34,389 nt of DNA from Bdellovibrionales bacterium (GCA_043732445.1 JAYTHQ010000190.1:1-34389), one strand, 5' to 3'; shown: positions 20,015 to 28,800, numbered from the stretch's first letter. A program made the numbers and translations. Notes: generated by a model from the sequence alone, not told the origin.

Positions 20015-21459
20015 AAAATAATTTTTCAACACGACTCACTCTGATTCCGGCTCTTCTCTGCGTAAACCTATTTGCGACGGTATTCGTCTCAACGGCTCGA
20101 GCAGAAACAACGGCTGGAACTTGCTACGGAATTTTCGATTCCGTTCAGGCACCCGATTTGGTCAGAAACTTACCTCCCAACCGTTTTCAATATTCATACG
20201 AGTCAGAATTTACGTTTGATGAGGCCGGCGCTCTATTGAGGGACTATGCACCGCTCCCGTCGGTTATTCCGCGCGCCACGTGGCATGCGATGAGTGACAG
20301 CGAAAAAATCTCGTGGCTCAAGCGTACATTCTCAAATCGACCAGAATACGCTACAGATGCTGGTCTTTACCTAGAACATCACGTAGACGGCATGCCCTCA
20401 CAACTGATTGTCGACTCGACCGGAAATCTCGAAATTGTTGTCGATCCACCACAAGCGACATATTTCGAATGGGAGAAAATCGTTGAAACTGTCGTCTCTC
20501 GCTACGGAGTCGGTTCGCAGCAAGCGATGGTATCGAAGGCCCGCAGCGAAGGCTTTTCCATTTCGAAGTCAGTCGCTCAATCAGTGAGGGAGAATCTCGG
20601 CTGGCTCGTTTACACAAATCTGTTCGATACAATCACAAAACTAGAATCCGGTGCCGAGAGATTTAAAAAAGATCAAACAAAATTGGTGGCGCAAAGCTTC
20701 GATCACCCTTTTCTTGGCCCGATGACAAAAATCAAGCGCGACTCACTTGAAGGCTACCTCAAGGCGAACGCCCGTCTGGAAAACTACGATGAGGATTCGA
20801 AACACTTTGTCAGAAAGAGCGACGCCTCGTTTAAATACACTGGCGGACCTTCTTATCGTCCTGACATTGCAGGACCAAATCGTTGGTCCTGGGAAATTAG
20901 AAATGCACACCGGGATCTCGACGATCTGAAACATAAAGTCCTACGCGATGTCGTTGCGCACGCGTCTGGTCTTGCTCCGTATGTGGCGTTCGCTGACGTG
21001 CCGGCGTTTGATAGTGTCGAGACTTTTGAAAGGCTGCCGGCCGAACTACAGACGACTTTAAAACGTCTCTTCCCCACAAAGGCAGATCCACGTTTTAGTT
21101 ATAATGAGAAAGAGCGAACGGCTCTTGAGACGTTCAGAAATTTCTCTCTCCCGTATGCCGATTTTCAAATTCTCGTAAAAGTGTTGGCGTCGAATGCGAC
21201 CGACGCAAACTCTTTAATTTTAAAAACTCGGCGCGCAAGGCTCAACTATGGTCGGGCGCTTGCCACGATCAGTTCAAAACTGAAAGCGGGCACTTTGACC
21301 GACCAACAGGCACGCGCACAAGTCATGGGTCATCTCGCTGTCTGGTCTGTCTCTTCGGGTCTCGCTTCTGCGTTTGAAGTCAAAGCTCGCGATTTGAAGC
21401 ACGATCCGCGCTTCACGGATGACGGTGGACCTGTGAAAAGCGCAGCGAATCTAAAATAA
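20011..21459 (+). CDS. exported hypothetical protein (482 aa) with glutamine-synthetase/amidoligase-like strand motifs
   Basis: ATGA overlap with the upstream stop. Signal MKNNFSTRLTLIPALLCVNLFATVFVSTARA. Motifs YSYESEFTF, DSTGNLEIVVDP and WSWEIRNAHRD. Confidence 0.6.
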   Translation: MKNNFSTRLTLIPALLCVNLFATVFVSTARAETTAGTCYGIFDSVQAPDLVRNLPPNRFQYSYESEFTFDEAGALLRDYAPLPSVIPRATWHAMSDSEKISWLKRTFSNRPEYATDAGLYLEHHVDGMPSQLIVDSTGNLEIVVDPPQATYFEWEKIVETVVSRYGVGSQQAMVSKARSEGFSISKSVAQSVRENLGWLVYTNLFDTITKLESGAERFKKDQTKLVAQSFDHPFLGPMTKIKRDSLEGYLKANARLENYDEDSKHFVRKSDASFKYTGGPSYRPDIAGPNRWSWEIRNAHRDLDDLKHKVLRDVVAHASGLAPYVAFADVPAFDSVETFERLPAELQTTLKRLFPTKADPRFSYNEKERTALETFRNFSLPYADFQILVKVLASNATDANSLILKTRRARLNYGRALATISSKLKAGTLTDQQARAQVMGHLAVWSVSSGLASAFEVKARDLKHDPRFTDDGGPVKSAANLK

Positions 21460-21496
21460 TATTAATTTTAATGATTTTATCCAACCAAGGATTTTT

Positions 21497-22987
21497 ATGA
21501 AAACGTCGACAGCCTCATACTTAAGAACACGGATCATGCCAGCGGTGCTGTTGCCGGCTCTCTTGGTCATGCAAGCACCGACGTCCGCTTTTGCGAACAC
21601 AAATATTTGTAGTTCGATTTTTGATCCGCACATCATCAGCGCATCGGCGGTTCGAGTCAAATCACAAGCGGCGGCGGCTTATGTGAGTCCTGCGGTAGAA
21701 GCCTACAACGTTTTAAAAAATCTATATGTGCCGGCTGGTACGGGTCTCGTAAAACCAATGATGGCTTTACTCAACGACGAGGCGCTCTCGAGTTTTCATA
21801 CAACACTAAAAGAGATTGCGACGACACTCCAGAAAAACGTAACCCTTTCAGTGACATCAACAAAAGCTGATTTTATGAATGCTCTCGTTGTTGCGACCGA
21901 AACTGAATTGACGAAAACAATGCCCGCTTCGGTTGCGGGTCAGCGCGCAGAACTTTTACGCGATCCGTCGCTGAATAAAGCAGAGTTGATGAAAGCCCTA
22001 GGTCAACTCTCGTCTTCAGAAAGTCTCGCGGCGTTGATCGGTCCGAACGGCATTCATGATGTTTCGTCGGATTCGTTGGTCGGACGTTACTTAAGTCTTT
22101 CTCAAGCCGCAGGTAAAACACCAACAACTCTTGTCAGCGAGTTCTCGAAAGGCCCTGGCTATGAGGGACGCGGCGGAGAAAAGCTTTTTATTTCAGTTGA
22201 CCAAACAACGCTTGCGGCAGCCAACGCCGCGTTCAACAGTAATCCGAATTTATTAATGCATAACCATACGCCCGGCCAAGGAACGTTGCACATGCTCTAC
22301 GACGCTAAAGACGTGAGCTATTCGTCGTTTGGGGGTGCTTCGGCTTTAACTTCACAACAAAATACAATTGTTCCTATGATTGTTTTGAGCAGCATTGAAG
22401 CTAGCAACGCGAAAAACTATTTCGCGCTGGGAACGCTGCAGAAATCATACGCTAAATATCCGTGGGGTTTCAAAAATCAATCGGCAGGCGCTGATGAAAC
22501 GTCATATTGCCGCGCTGGTGGTTATGGAAGCTGCACCCATTGGATCGGCGAGATGTCTCTCGGTCAAAAGTTTGTGTCAGACTACGCATTTCCAGGAAAC
22601 ATTGGAGATGACCCTTACGGACACCCTGAGCGCGGAGCCGACGGCGACGCCACCGGCGCATTGCGAGTGGGGCCGGTCGGAACTTACACACACTTCCGCA
22701 GCAGCACGGTCACGCCGATCGGCGATGTCACGCGCATTGACCGTTTAGCGCATATTGTCTGGACGCAAAACCTCGGGCGTGAACAGCTGTGGAGTTTGGT
22801 CGGCGATAAGGATGGGGAAGGTCTTAAAAATGGCGAGTGGGCAAACCCGGGCTGGGTTCTTTACAGCTTCTTGTCTCGGACGTCTCAAGATCGCGTGCCG
22901 GTTGTCTTGGTGATGCGTGCCGATGCATCTGCTCCGCTGACTCAAGCCGATCTCGATGCATTGAAACCATCGATCGCGGCTCGTTAA
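21497..22987 (+). CDS. exported hypothetical protein (496 aa) with a possible papain-fold Cys/His pair
   Basis: AAGGA SD. Signal ...LLVMQAPTSAFA. GGYGSCTHWIGEM, then RLAHIVW 73 residues later. Confidence 0.6.
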   Translation: MKTSTASYLRTRIMPAVLLPALLVMQAPTSAFANTNICSSIFDPHIISASAVRVKSQAAAAYVSPAVEAYNVLKNLYVPAGTGLVKPMMALLNDEALSSFHTTLKEIATTLQKNVTLSVTSTKADFMNALVVATETELTKTMPASVAGQRAELLRDPSLNKAELMKALGQLSSSESLAALIGPNGIHDVSSDSLVGRYLSLSQAAGKTPTTLVSEFSKGPGYEGRGGEKLFISVDQTTLAAANAAFNSNPNLLMHNHTPGQGTLHMLYDAKDVSYSSFGGASALTSQQNTIVPMIVLSSIEASNAKNYFALGTLQKSYAKYPWGFKNQSAGADETSYCRAGGYGSCTHWIGEMSLGQKFVSDYAFPGNIGDDPYGHPERGADGDATGALRVGPVGTYTHFRSSTVTPIGDVTRIDRLAHIVWTQNLGREQLWSLVGDKDGEGLKNGEWANPGWVLYSFLSRTSQDRVPVVLVMRADASAPLTQADLDALKPSIAAR

Positions 22988-22989
22988 CT

Positions 22990-23796
22990 TCAAGGCTGGC
23001 TGAAAGCCCCCGCCCATTGAACTAACTCGACGGCCAATGAAAAATCGGGACCGTCGGGATCGCTCAGATGGTAATACGCTAACCAATCAGCCGGAGCTTC
23101 TGGGTGAAATGCCGTAATGGCAACCCGGCCGCGTCCAAAAGTGGCCTGGAGCGCCATGGCTTTTTTCTCGCTGTCGCCAGGAAGCAGCGGATAATAGGCA
23201 AGGACTTCTGCGTTCGAAATCGAGGCCGCATTAAAATAAGGTCCGAGCTCCCAATAGACTGATCTTGGTTTTCCACGCCATTCGATATTGACGATTTTGG
23301 CGTGTAGAAAATCAGTCAGCTCATTGTCAAAAGAATCGTAGTAGTCGCTTCGACCTGGTAAGAGCCCAAGGCCCTGCGCTTCGAAAGGGCCTTTCTCGGT
23401 CATCCATCCAAAGCGTTCGGTCGCAAGAAAACCGCCTGCGCAAAAGCCAACGTAACCACCGCCGGTACGTACGAAATCCACGATCCAAGTCTGAAGCTCG
23501 GGTGCCATCATTCGTTGTTGAACTTTGGCTTCGCCGCCTGGCTGGATCCAGACTGACGGCACTTTCGATCGGGCTAACGATACGTCATTGGGTCCTATTA
23601 GGTGAACATCGTAACCCGCAGAGACGGCAATCGCGCGAGCAGCTTCGGAGCAACCTGTAACCAGCGATGTTTGAGGGCAGCTGCCAGGACCTGAATAAAC
23701 GTAAGCGATTGGCTTGGCCTGCGCCGCGACGGAAGCGGAAGTTCCAAACATGCTTATAACAAAAACGATCGAGAAATAAAGAGAAACGCCTGACAT
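22990..23796 (-). CDS. exported class-I glutamine-amidotransferase-like (BPL_N-type) protein
   Basis: Signal MSGVSLYFSIVFVISMFGTSASVAA. Nucleophile-elbow-like GGGYVGFCAGGFLA. WIQPGGEA motif. Confidence 0.6.
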   Translation of the reverse strand: MSGVSLYFSIVFVISMFGTSASVAAQAKPIAYVYSGPGSCPQTSLVTGCSEAARAIAVSAGYDVHLIGPNDVSLARSKVPSVWIQPGGEAKVQQRMMAPELQTWIVDFVRTGGGYVGFCAGGFLATERFGWMTEKGPFEAQGLGLLPGRSDYYDSFDNELTDFLHAKIVNIEWRGKPRSVYWELGPYFNAASISNAEVLAYYPLLPGDSEKKAMALQATFGRGRVAITAFHPEAPADWLAYYHLSDPDGPDFSLAVELVQWAGAFSQP

Positions 23797-24017
23797 GAGG
23801 GCCCCTCCTCGGAGTCAGCTTCTAATCGGCGTCCCAAGGTTAACGCTAAGTCGAAGAATCACGCTATTTTTTTAATGCTCACTCTCGATTTTGACGCCGA
23901 GAATAATAAAACTTTTAAAGATGTAGATCTATTTTGCGCAAAGAATTTTTAGCATGGCTAGATGATGAAACACTCGCGTAACATCGAACATCGTCGCTCG
24001 TTTGGAAGGATTCTCTC

Positions 24018-25010
24018 TTGTTCAACATACGAAAATCGAACCTCATAAAATCGTTCGCGTTTGTTCTTACCGCATTAGCGACCTCCCTTTCTGCTGCATC
24101 TCAACCGATAGAGCCGGTCAAAGAAGTTTTCTCGCCGCCTTCGCCGGCGCACCCCGAACAGTTTATGAAGGTTGCCGTTGTTCAGTGGAACTCGGCAGGA
24201 GCTACTCCGCTCGGCGCGAGTGCTGCTGAGGCCGGGGCTTACATGGACCGAAACCGCGCGGACATGGCGGCCCGGATTCAAACGGCGGCCGCAAACGGCG
24301 CACTGTTTATTTCTCTAAGTGAGTTTGCAGTCGTCGGGTACCCCGACATTCCAAATCTTCCACCCGAAGAAGACGATTTTCGAAATCGCGATGACATTCG
24401 GCCCTTCGTCGATACGATTCCCGGCTTATCAACCCAGTATTTTTCTGCTCTAGCGAAAGCTCATAAGGTCTGGATCCAATTTGGAATGGCAGAAGTCGAG
24501 ACTGGAACAGACAAGTATTTCAACACTGCCGTCGTCATCAACGATAGCGGCGAAATCGTCGCGACCTTTCGAAAAAACTCTCTCTATCAATTAGAAAATA
24601 ACTTTCTCTCGGCCGGCTCGAAGGCGGTCACCTTCGAAGCGCCGTTTGGACGCGTAGGACTCGTGATCTGCGCCGATATTTACAATCAAACGCTCTTAAG
24701 CCAGTACCGTGCTCTCGGCGTAAATGTTCTAAGTCTGAGCACAAGCTGGGCTCAAATGAATACCGGCATGTCGGTATTTTCTTCGGCTGCGCGTTCGATG
24801 GGTGTCTATGTTCTCGCGGCGAATCAAACTTACTTTCCTGATTCTGGCGTTATCAATGCTGACGGAACTCAGCAGTCACACATTCGGCAGTCGTTAGACC
24901 AAATTGCATACGGCTATTTACCGCTGAAGAACAGAGCGGCGCCAGCACCGGCTGCGACGCCACAAGTTCCAGCTTCCACGCCGGTCTTTTTCAAAAGACC
25001 CGGCAAGTAA
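24018..25010 (+). CDS. exported carbon-nitrogen hydrolase (nitrilase superfamily), divergent paralog C
   Basis: TTG start 7 nt after GGAAGGA. Signal ...FAFVLTALATSLSAA. Triad context LSEFAVVGYP, FRKNSLYQLE, VICADIY. Confidence 0.8.
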   Translation: MFNIRKSNLIKSFAFVLTALATSLSAASQPIEPVKEVFSPPSPAHPEQFMKVAVVQWNSAGATPLGASAAEAGAYMDRNRADMAARIQTAAANGALFISLSEFAVVGYPDIPNLPPEEDDFRNRDDIRPFVDTIPGLSTQYFSALAKAHKVWIQFGMAEVETGTDKYFNTAVVINDSGEIVATFRKNSLYQLENNFLSAGSKAVTFEAPFGRVGLVICADIYNQTLLSQYRALGVNVLSLSTSWAQMNTGMSVFSSAARSMGVYVLAANQTYFPDSGVINADGTQQSHIRQSLDQIAYGYLPLKNRAAPAPAATPQVPASTPVFFKRPGK

Positions 25011-26072
25011 TTACGGGGCTGCGCGGTTGTCAACTTTCAGCGTCGGGGAATTCCAGAGATTCGTTACGAAATCGAGCTTTCGTTTGATCTTTGGGTTCGT
25101 CTTTATCGCTGCCGTCATATCGAGTGTCGCTTCGCCTGGAATGACGATTTCGTAGTTTGGACTTTTCAATTCCAACATCTGGCGCCAAGCCCAGAACTCT
25201 GCAAAGTCTTCCCAGGCATTAAACGAAGAGTAAGACGTGATAAATGAACTTTTTTGAAGACTCGTGTAAATCTCTTTTGCGTCGCTCGGGTTTAAATACT
25301 GAGTGCAGTTGTAAAAGCAAAAGTCGTCGCGCTTAAAATAAGTCGCGTCCGCGAGTGGCGTGTTTGGCGACTCCCAGCTCAGGCGACTCCAGTCGCTCAG
25401 TCCGCCGGGACTATTGATCGTATTTCCGAAATCAATCAGGTGACCCAACTCGTGCATCAGCACGTAATAAAGACCATCGCTCGGAAGAGTCGATAACTTT
25501 AAGCCGTAACTAATTTGGACAAGTTTAGGGTCATTCGATAAAAAATTGGTCGACCCGTCAAATGCGAGCTGCTCTTTCCATGTCACGAGATCGTGTGTCG
25601 TCGGCTGCTGAAGAAAAGTCGCCTGGCGCATGCCCACGTAACCACCGACGTGGTGACCGAGAGAGTCTGTGACCGGGCTAGCGAAAGCCGTCGAGGCAAT
25701 GCCGTCAGAGAGAAAGATATGATCAAGCGAGCAGAGAGACGGCCGCATCCGATCGGGCATTTCGTCATAGATCGCCATTAAGGCCGGAACATACTGCGCA
25801 CCATTGGACGCGCATTTAATTGAATTATAATTTCGAGAAATTTGATCGGTGGTCGCCGTTGTTTCGCACACGGCTTGCGTGAGGTTCGCCTCACAATCCG
25901 CGCGCGTCTCGATAGTCTGCGCCGGCGCGCGACCCACAAGTTGTTCGCCTTGAGCGAGCACAGTAACGAAAAAATCATTTGAGAGTTGTCGACTCGAAGA
26001 CGTATCGGACTTTGAACAGGCCGACAGGCCTAAAAAACTAAGAACGCCGACGATCAGAACCGCGTTTTTCTT
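25011..26072 (-). CDS. zinc metallopeptidase lipoprotein (HExxH gluzincin-like)
   Basis: ORF extends to 26108 (GTG). Preferred GTG at 26072 lies 5 nt after GGGGGG and gives lipobox MKKNAVLIVGVLSFLGLSAC. HELGHLIDF plus a downstream WEDFAEFWA. Confidence 0.7.
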   Translation of the reverse strand, partial: KKNAVLIVGVLSFLGLSACSKSDTSSSRQLSNDFFVTVLAQGEQLVGRAPAQTIETRADCEANLTQAVCETTATTDQISRNYNSIKCASNGAQYVPALMAIYDEMPDRMRPSLCSLDHIFLSDGIASTAFASPVTDSLGHHVGGYVGMRQATFLQQPTTHDLVTWKEQLAFDGSTNFLSNDPKLVQISYGLKLSTLPSDGLYYVLMHELGHLIDFGNTINSPGGLSDWSRLSWESPNTPLADATYFKRDDFCFYNCTQYLNPSDAKEIYTSLQKSSFITSYSSFNAWEDFAEFWAWRQMLELKSPNYEIVIPGEATLDMTAAIKTNPKIKRKLDFVTNLWNSPTLKVDNRAAP

Positions 26073-26293
26073 CACTCTTGCCCCCCGAGTTAGGGGCAGG
26101 CTTACCACACTGGTTCCGAAATGGGACCTAGAAAACCTCTTCAGAAGCGACTTTCAGACCGCCAGATCAAATCCACTGAGTTTGATGGAGTTTTAATCGA
26201 GTTCGATCCGGCCCTCCTTAAACCTTGAACCGACTAACCCCCGTAGGGTCTATTCGCTGACGAAAAGCCCAACAAATAACGGAGACTTCGCTA

Positions 26294-26887
26294 ATGACTC
26301 TCGACCCGCGGGTTCTGCTTTACGCTTCGCTGAGCCGGCGCATCGGCGCCTTCGTCATCGATTGTTTCATTCTTTTTGTCTTAGGATTATTTGCGAGCCA
26401 GATCGTACCATTTCTGGGGACTGTCGTTATCTGGTTTTTCTACGCGCCGATTTTAGAATCTTCTGAGCTTCGAGCGACACTCGGAAAACATCTCATGGGC
26501 ATTCAAGTCGCTGACCTGACGGGCCAACGAATTTCGTTTCAGGCTTCACTGATTCGAAATGCTTTGAAACTCATATCGATGGCGATTTTATTTCTTGGAT
26601 TTGTATTCGCGCTCTTCTCGAGCCGTAAACAAACATTTCATGATCTCCTCGCAAATACGGTGGTCGTTTACGGTCGCTCCGAGAAAGCGGTCGCTGATGC
26701 CTGGACAGATTCAATCAAAGAACTCTTTCGCCGAGTCCAGTCTGAAGTCGCGCCGGCGTCGTCAACGACGGGCTCTGAACCAGCTGCCGATATCGCTTCG
26801 CAACTCGAGCGATTAAAGACAATGCTAGATAACGGCGCACTGACGGCCGACGAGTATGAAGCGGCCAAAAGAAAAGTCTTGAGCTAA
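26294..26887 (+). CDS. RDD-family membrane protein with a C-terminal SHOCT-like motif
   Basis: RRIGAFVIDCFILFVL and HDLLANTVVV (RDD). The C-terminus, LERLKTMLDNGALTADEYEAAKRKVL, is SHOCT-like. Confidence 0.7.
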   Translation: MTLDPRVLLYASLSRRIGAFVIDCFILFVLGLFASQIVPFLGTVVIWFFYAPILESSELRATLGKHLMGIQVADLTGQRISFQASLIRNALKLISMAILFLGFVFALFSSRKQTFHDLLANTVVVYGRSEKAVADAWTDSIKELFRRVQSEVAPASSTTGSEPAADIASQLERLKTMLDNGALTADEYEAAKRKVLS

Positions 26888-27142
26888 CGCTCGACAGTTT
26901 TGGTTAGAGACGAAGGTTGCACTGGCACCCGTCATTGAAAACTCACAGCGCTGATGTCCCAAAGTTCTCAATCGATTTCCAAACAGGAGAGTGCCAAAAT
27001 TTGGCCCAAGTGTTGAACGGTTTACTTCGATACTAAGCTGTCTAAACTCTCAACGGTCATTTAATTCATTTTGAAGGCGCGCACGCCTCTTGCTCATCGG
27101 TTTGCGTAACCAATGCTATCAAAAAAACTTTAGGAGTCTTTC

Positions 27143-28450
27143 ATGAGCTTCCGTATCTCTTCACTCGGCACTCTTGCCATCGCGACTGCCGCCCTCGTTG
27201 GCTGCGCTGGCCAAGGCAATCAACCAGCGGGCTTCGGCAACGGCGAGATCAACGCCGCAAGCATCGTAGCCACCAAGTCTCTCACGCCGCCTGCGAAGGC
27301 GCAGCGCCTTGCGGATACGTCGGAGCAACTTTTGTCGGTTCAAGGTTTTGACTACGCCAATGACGTAGCTGATCTCGCTTTGGCGCAAGACCCAACGAAC
27401 GTAAAAGCACAATTCATCAAAGCTATTTTGGGTCCAATCGTCGCTCAACGCGGCATCGCGGCCCGAGTTGCTCCGTTGGCAGCTCTTGATGCGAAAACAG
27501 ACGCTGGTTACTCTGACGTACTCGTGAAAATTGACGAAGCTCCAGATTCAACTTTAAAGACTTTCATCATGGATGGGCAGCCAGACATTAAGTCAGAGGC
27601 AGACGTTCAATCGCACCTCGACGCGATGGCCGATGCGTTCGGTAAAATTCGCCAGTTTGCAAAAGACAACAAAGGCGCTCAGATCACAATGAACGGTACG
27701 GATCTTATGTACCAAGCATTGATGGATCGTCAGCACGAACTCTGCACCGTTCAATCGGTCGGCCAGTACGTCTACAAATACGTTTGTCCGTCAGAAGTTA
27801 AAATGCTCCAGACGACGATTGACCGTGGCGACCTTGAAGTCATTCAACAGTACGCAGCTGGCATGGAACTCTATATGTCGCTCTACAACTCGTATGACTT
27901 AACGGGCTCGATCAAAGTTGCTCAAGACAACGCGGGCAAAAAAGGCCAACAGGCGTCGCCTACTGACATCCTCAATCAATTACTCTCTAATCCAAAGTTC
28001 GGTACGATCCGCGCTGGCAACGGCTTCGCGAAAGTGAAAAGCCTCGGCGCAGATGCGATCACTGGTATCCGTTGGGTTATGTCGAACCAATCGAAACTTT
28101 GCCCTATGGGTCAAGAGAACGCTCACAACCGTATCGGTTCACTCGTGAACAACGGAATCTGTGTTCCATCAACTCAACAAGGCAGCATCAATCAAGGTAT
28201 TCGCAAGGTAGAAGCAGCACTTGCTGGCGGCAAGGTAGCAGTGCCGGTCACGAGTTCGACTGGTACATACCAAACGGTCATGCAACCTTCGGCGATTCTC
28301 GATCAACCGATTGCGGATCTTCACTCGCTTGCACCTGTTACGACAAATGCGTGTGGCAAAATCACTGGCCTTGCTGACTCTTCACTTGGCGGTTTGTTCC
28401 CGAACAAAGACTTGAACGCGATTATCGCGCAAGGAAGTTCGTGCCCGTAA
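27143..28450 (+). CDS. hypothetical lipoprotein (435 aa)
   Basis: AGGAG SD. Lipobox LAIATAALVGCAGQ. Several Cys pairs. No recognisable domain. Confidence 0.7.
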   Translation: MSFRISSLGTLAIATAALVGCAGQGNQPAGFGNGEINAASIVATKSLTPPAKAQRLADTSEQLLSVQGFDYANDVADLALAQDPTNVKAQFIKAILGPIVAQRGIAARVAPLAALDAKTDAGYSDVLVKIDEAPDSTLKTFIMDGQPDIKSEADVQSHLDAMADAFGKIRQFAKDNKGAQITMNGTDLMYQALMDRQHELCTVQSVGQYVYKYVCPSEVKMLQTTIDRGDLEVIQQYAAGMELYMSLYNSYDLTGSIKVAQDNAGKKGQQASPTDILNQLLSNPKFGTIRAGNGFAKVKSLGADAITGIRWVMSNQSKLCPMGQENAHNRIGSLVNNGICVPSTQQGSINQGIRKVEAALAGGKVAVPVTSSTGTYQTVMQPSAILDQPIADLHSLAPVTTNACGKITGLADSSLGGLFPNKDLNAIIAQGSSCP

Positions 28451-28800
28451 CTTCTCGACCCGCTCATTTCTTGGCCCGCATTGCGACTACGGTCGTGTGC
28501 GGGCTTTTTTGTTTCACGGCTGACGCATCGTCGAAACTCCATCACTATTCAATGGCTGAATGTGCGAAGACCTTCTGTGTTTCGGCTGCCGGTGAGGCGG
28601 CCTTTATTTCTAACTTAAGTCCGACTCTCGCCGCCGAGAACGTCTCGCTTCAGATCGCCTCTACAACGGGAACTAAAAAGACTTACCAATGCTCGTCGAT
28701 GGCTTACCTGATGGAGTCGTCAATTTTAACGTGCGACTTAGCAGGACAAAAGAAGACCCTTGTCATCGACCTCGCCAACTCCGAGTTTCATTCTTACTGA
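28441..28800 (+). CDS. small exported hypothetical protein
   Basis: GTG start overlaps the upstream gene by 10 nt, after AAGGAAG. Hydrophobic N-terminus IATTVVCGLFCFTADA. Four Cys in the mature part. Confidence 0.45.
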   Translation: MPVTSRPAHFLARIATTVVCGLFCFTADASSKLHHYSMAECAKTFCVSAAGEAAFISNLSPTLAAENVSLQIASTTGTKKTYQCSSMAYLMESSILTCDLAGQKKTLVIDLANSEFHSY

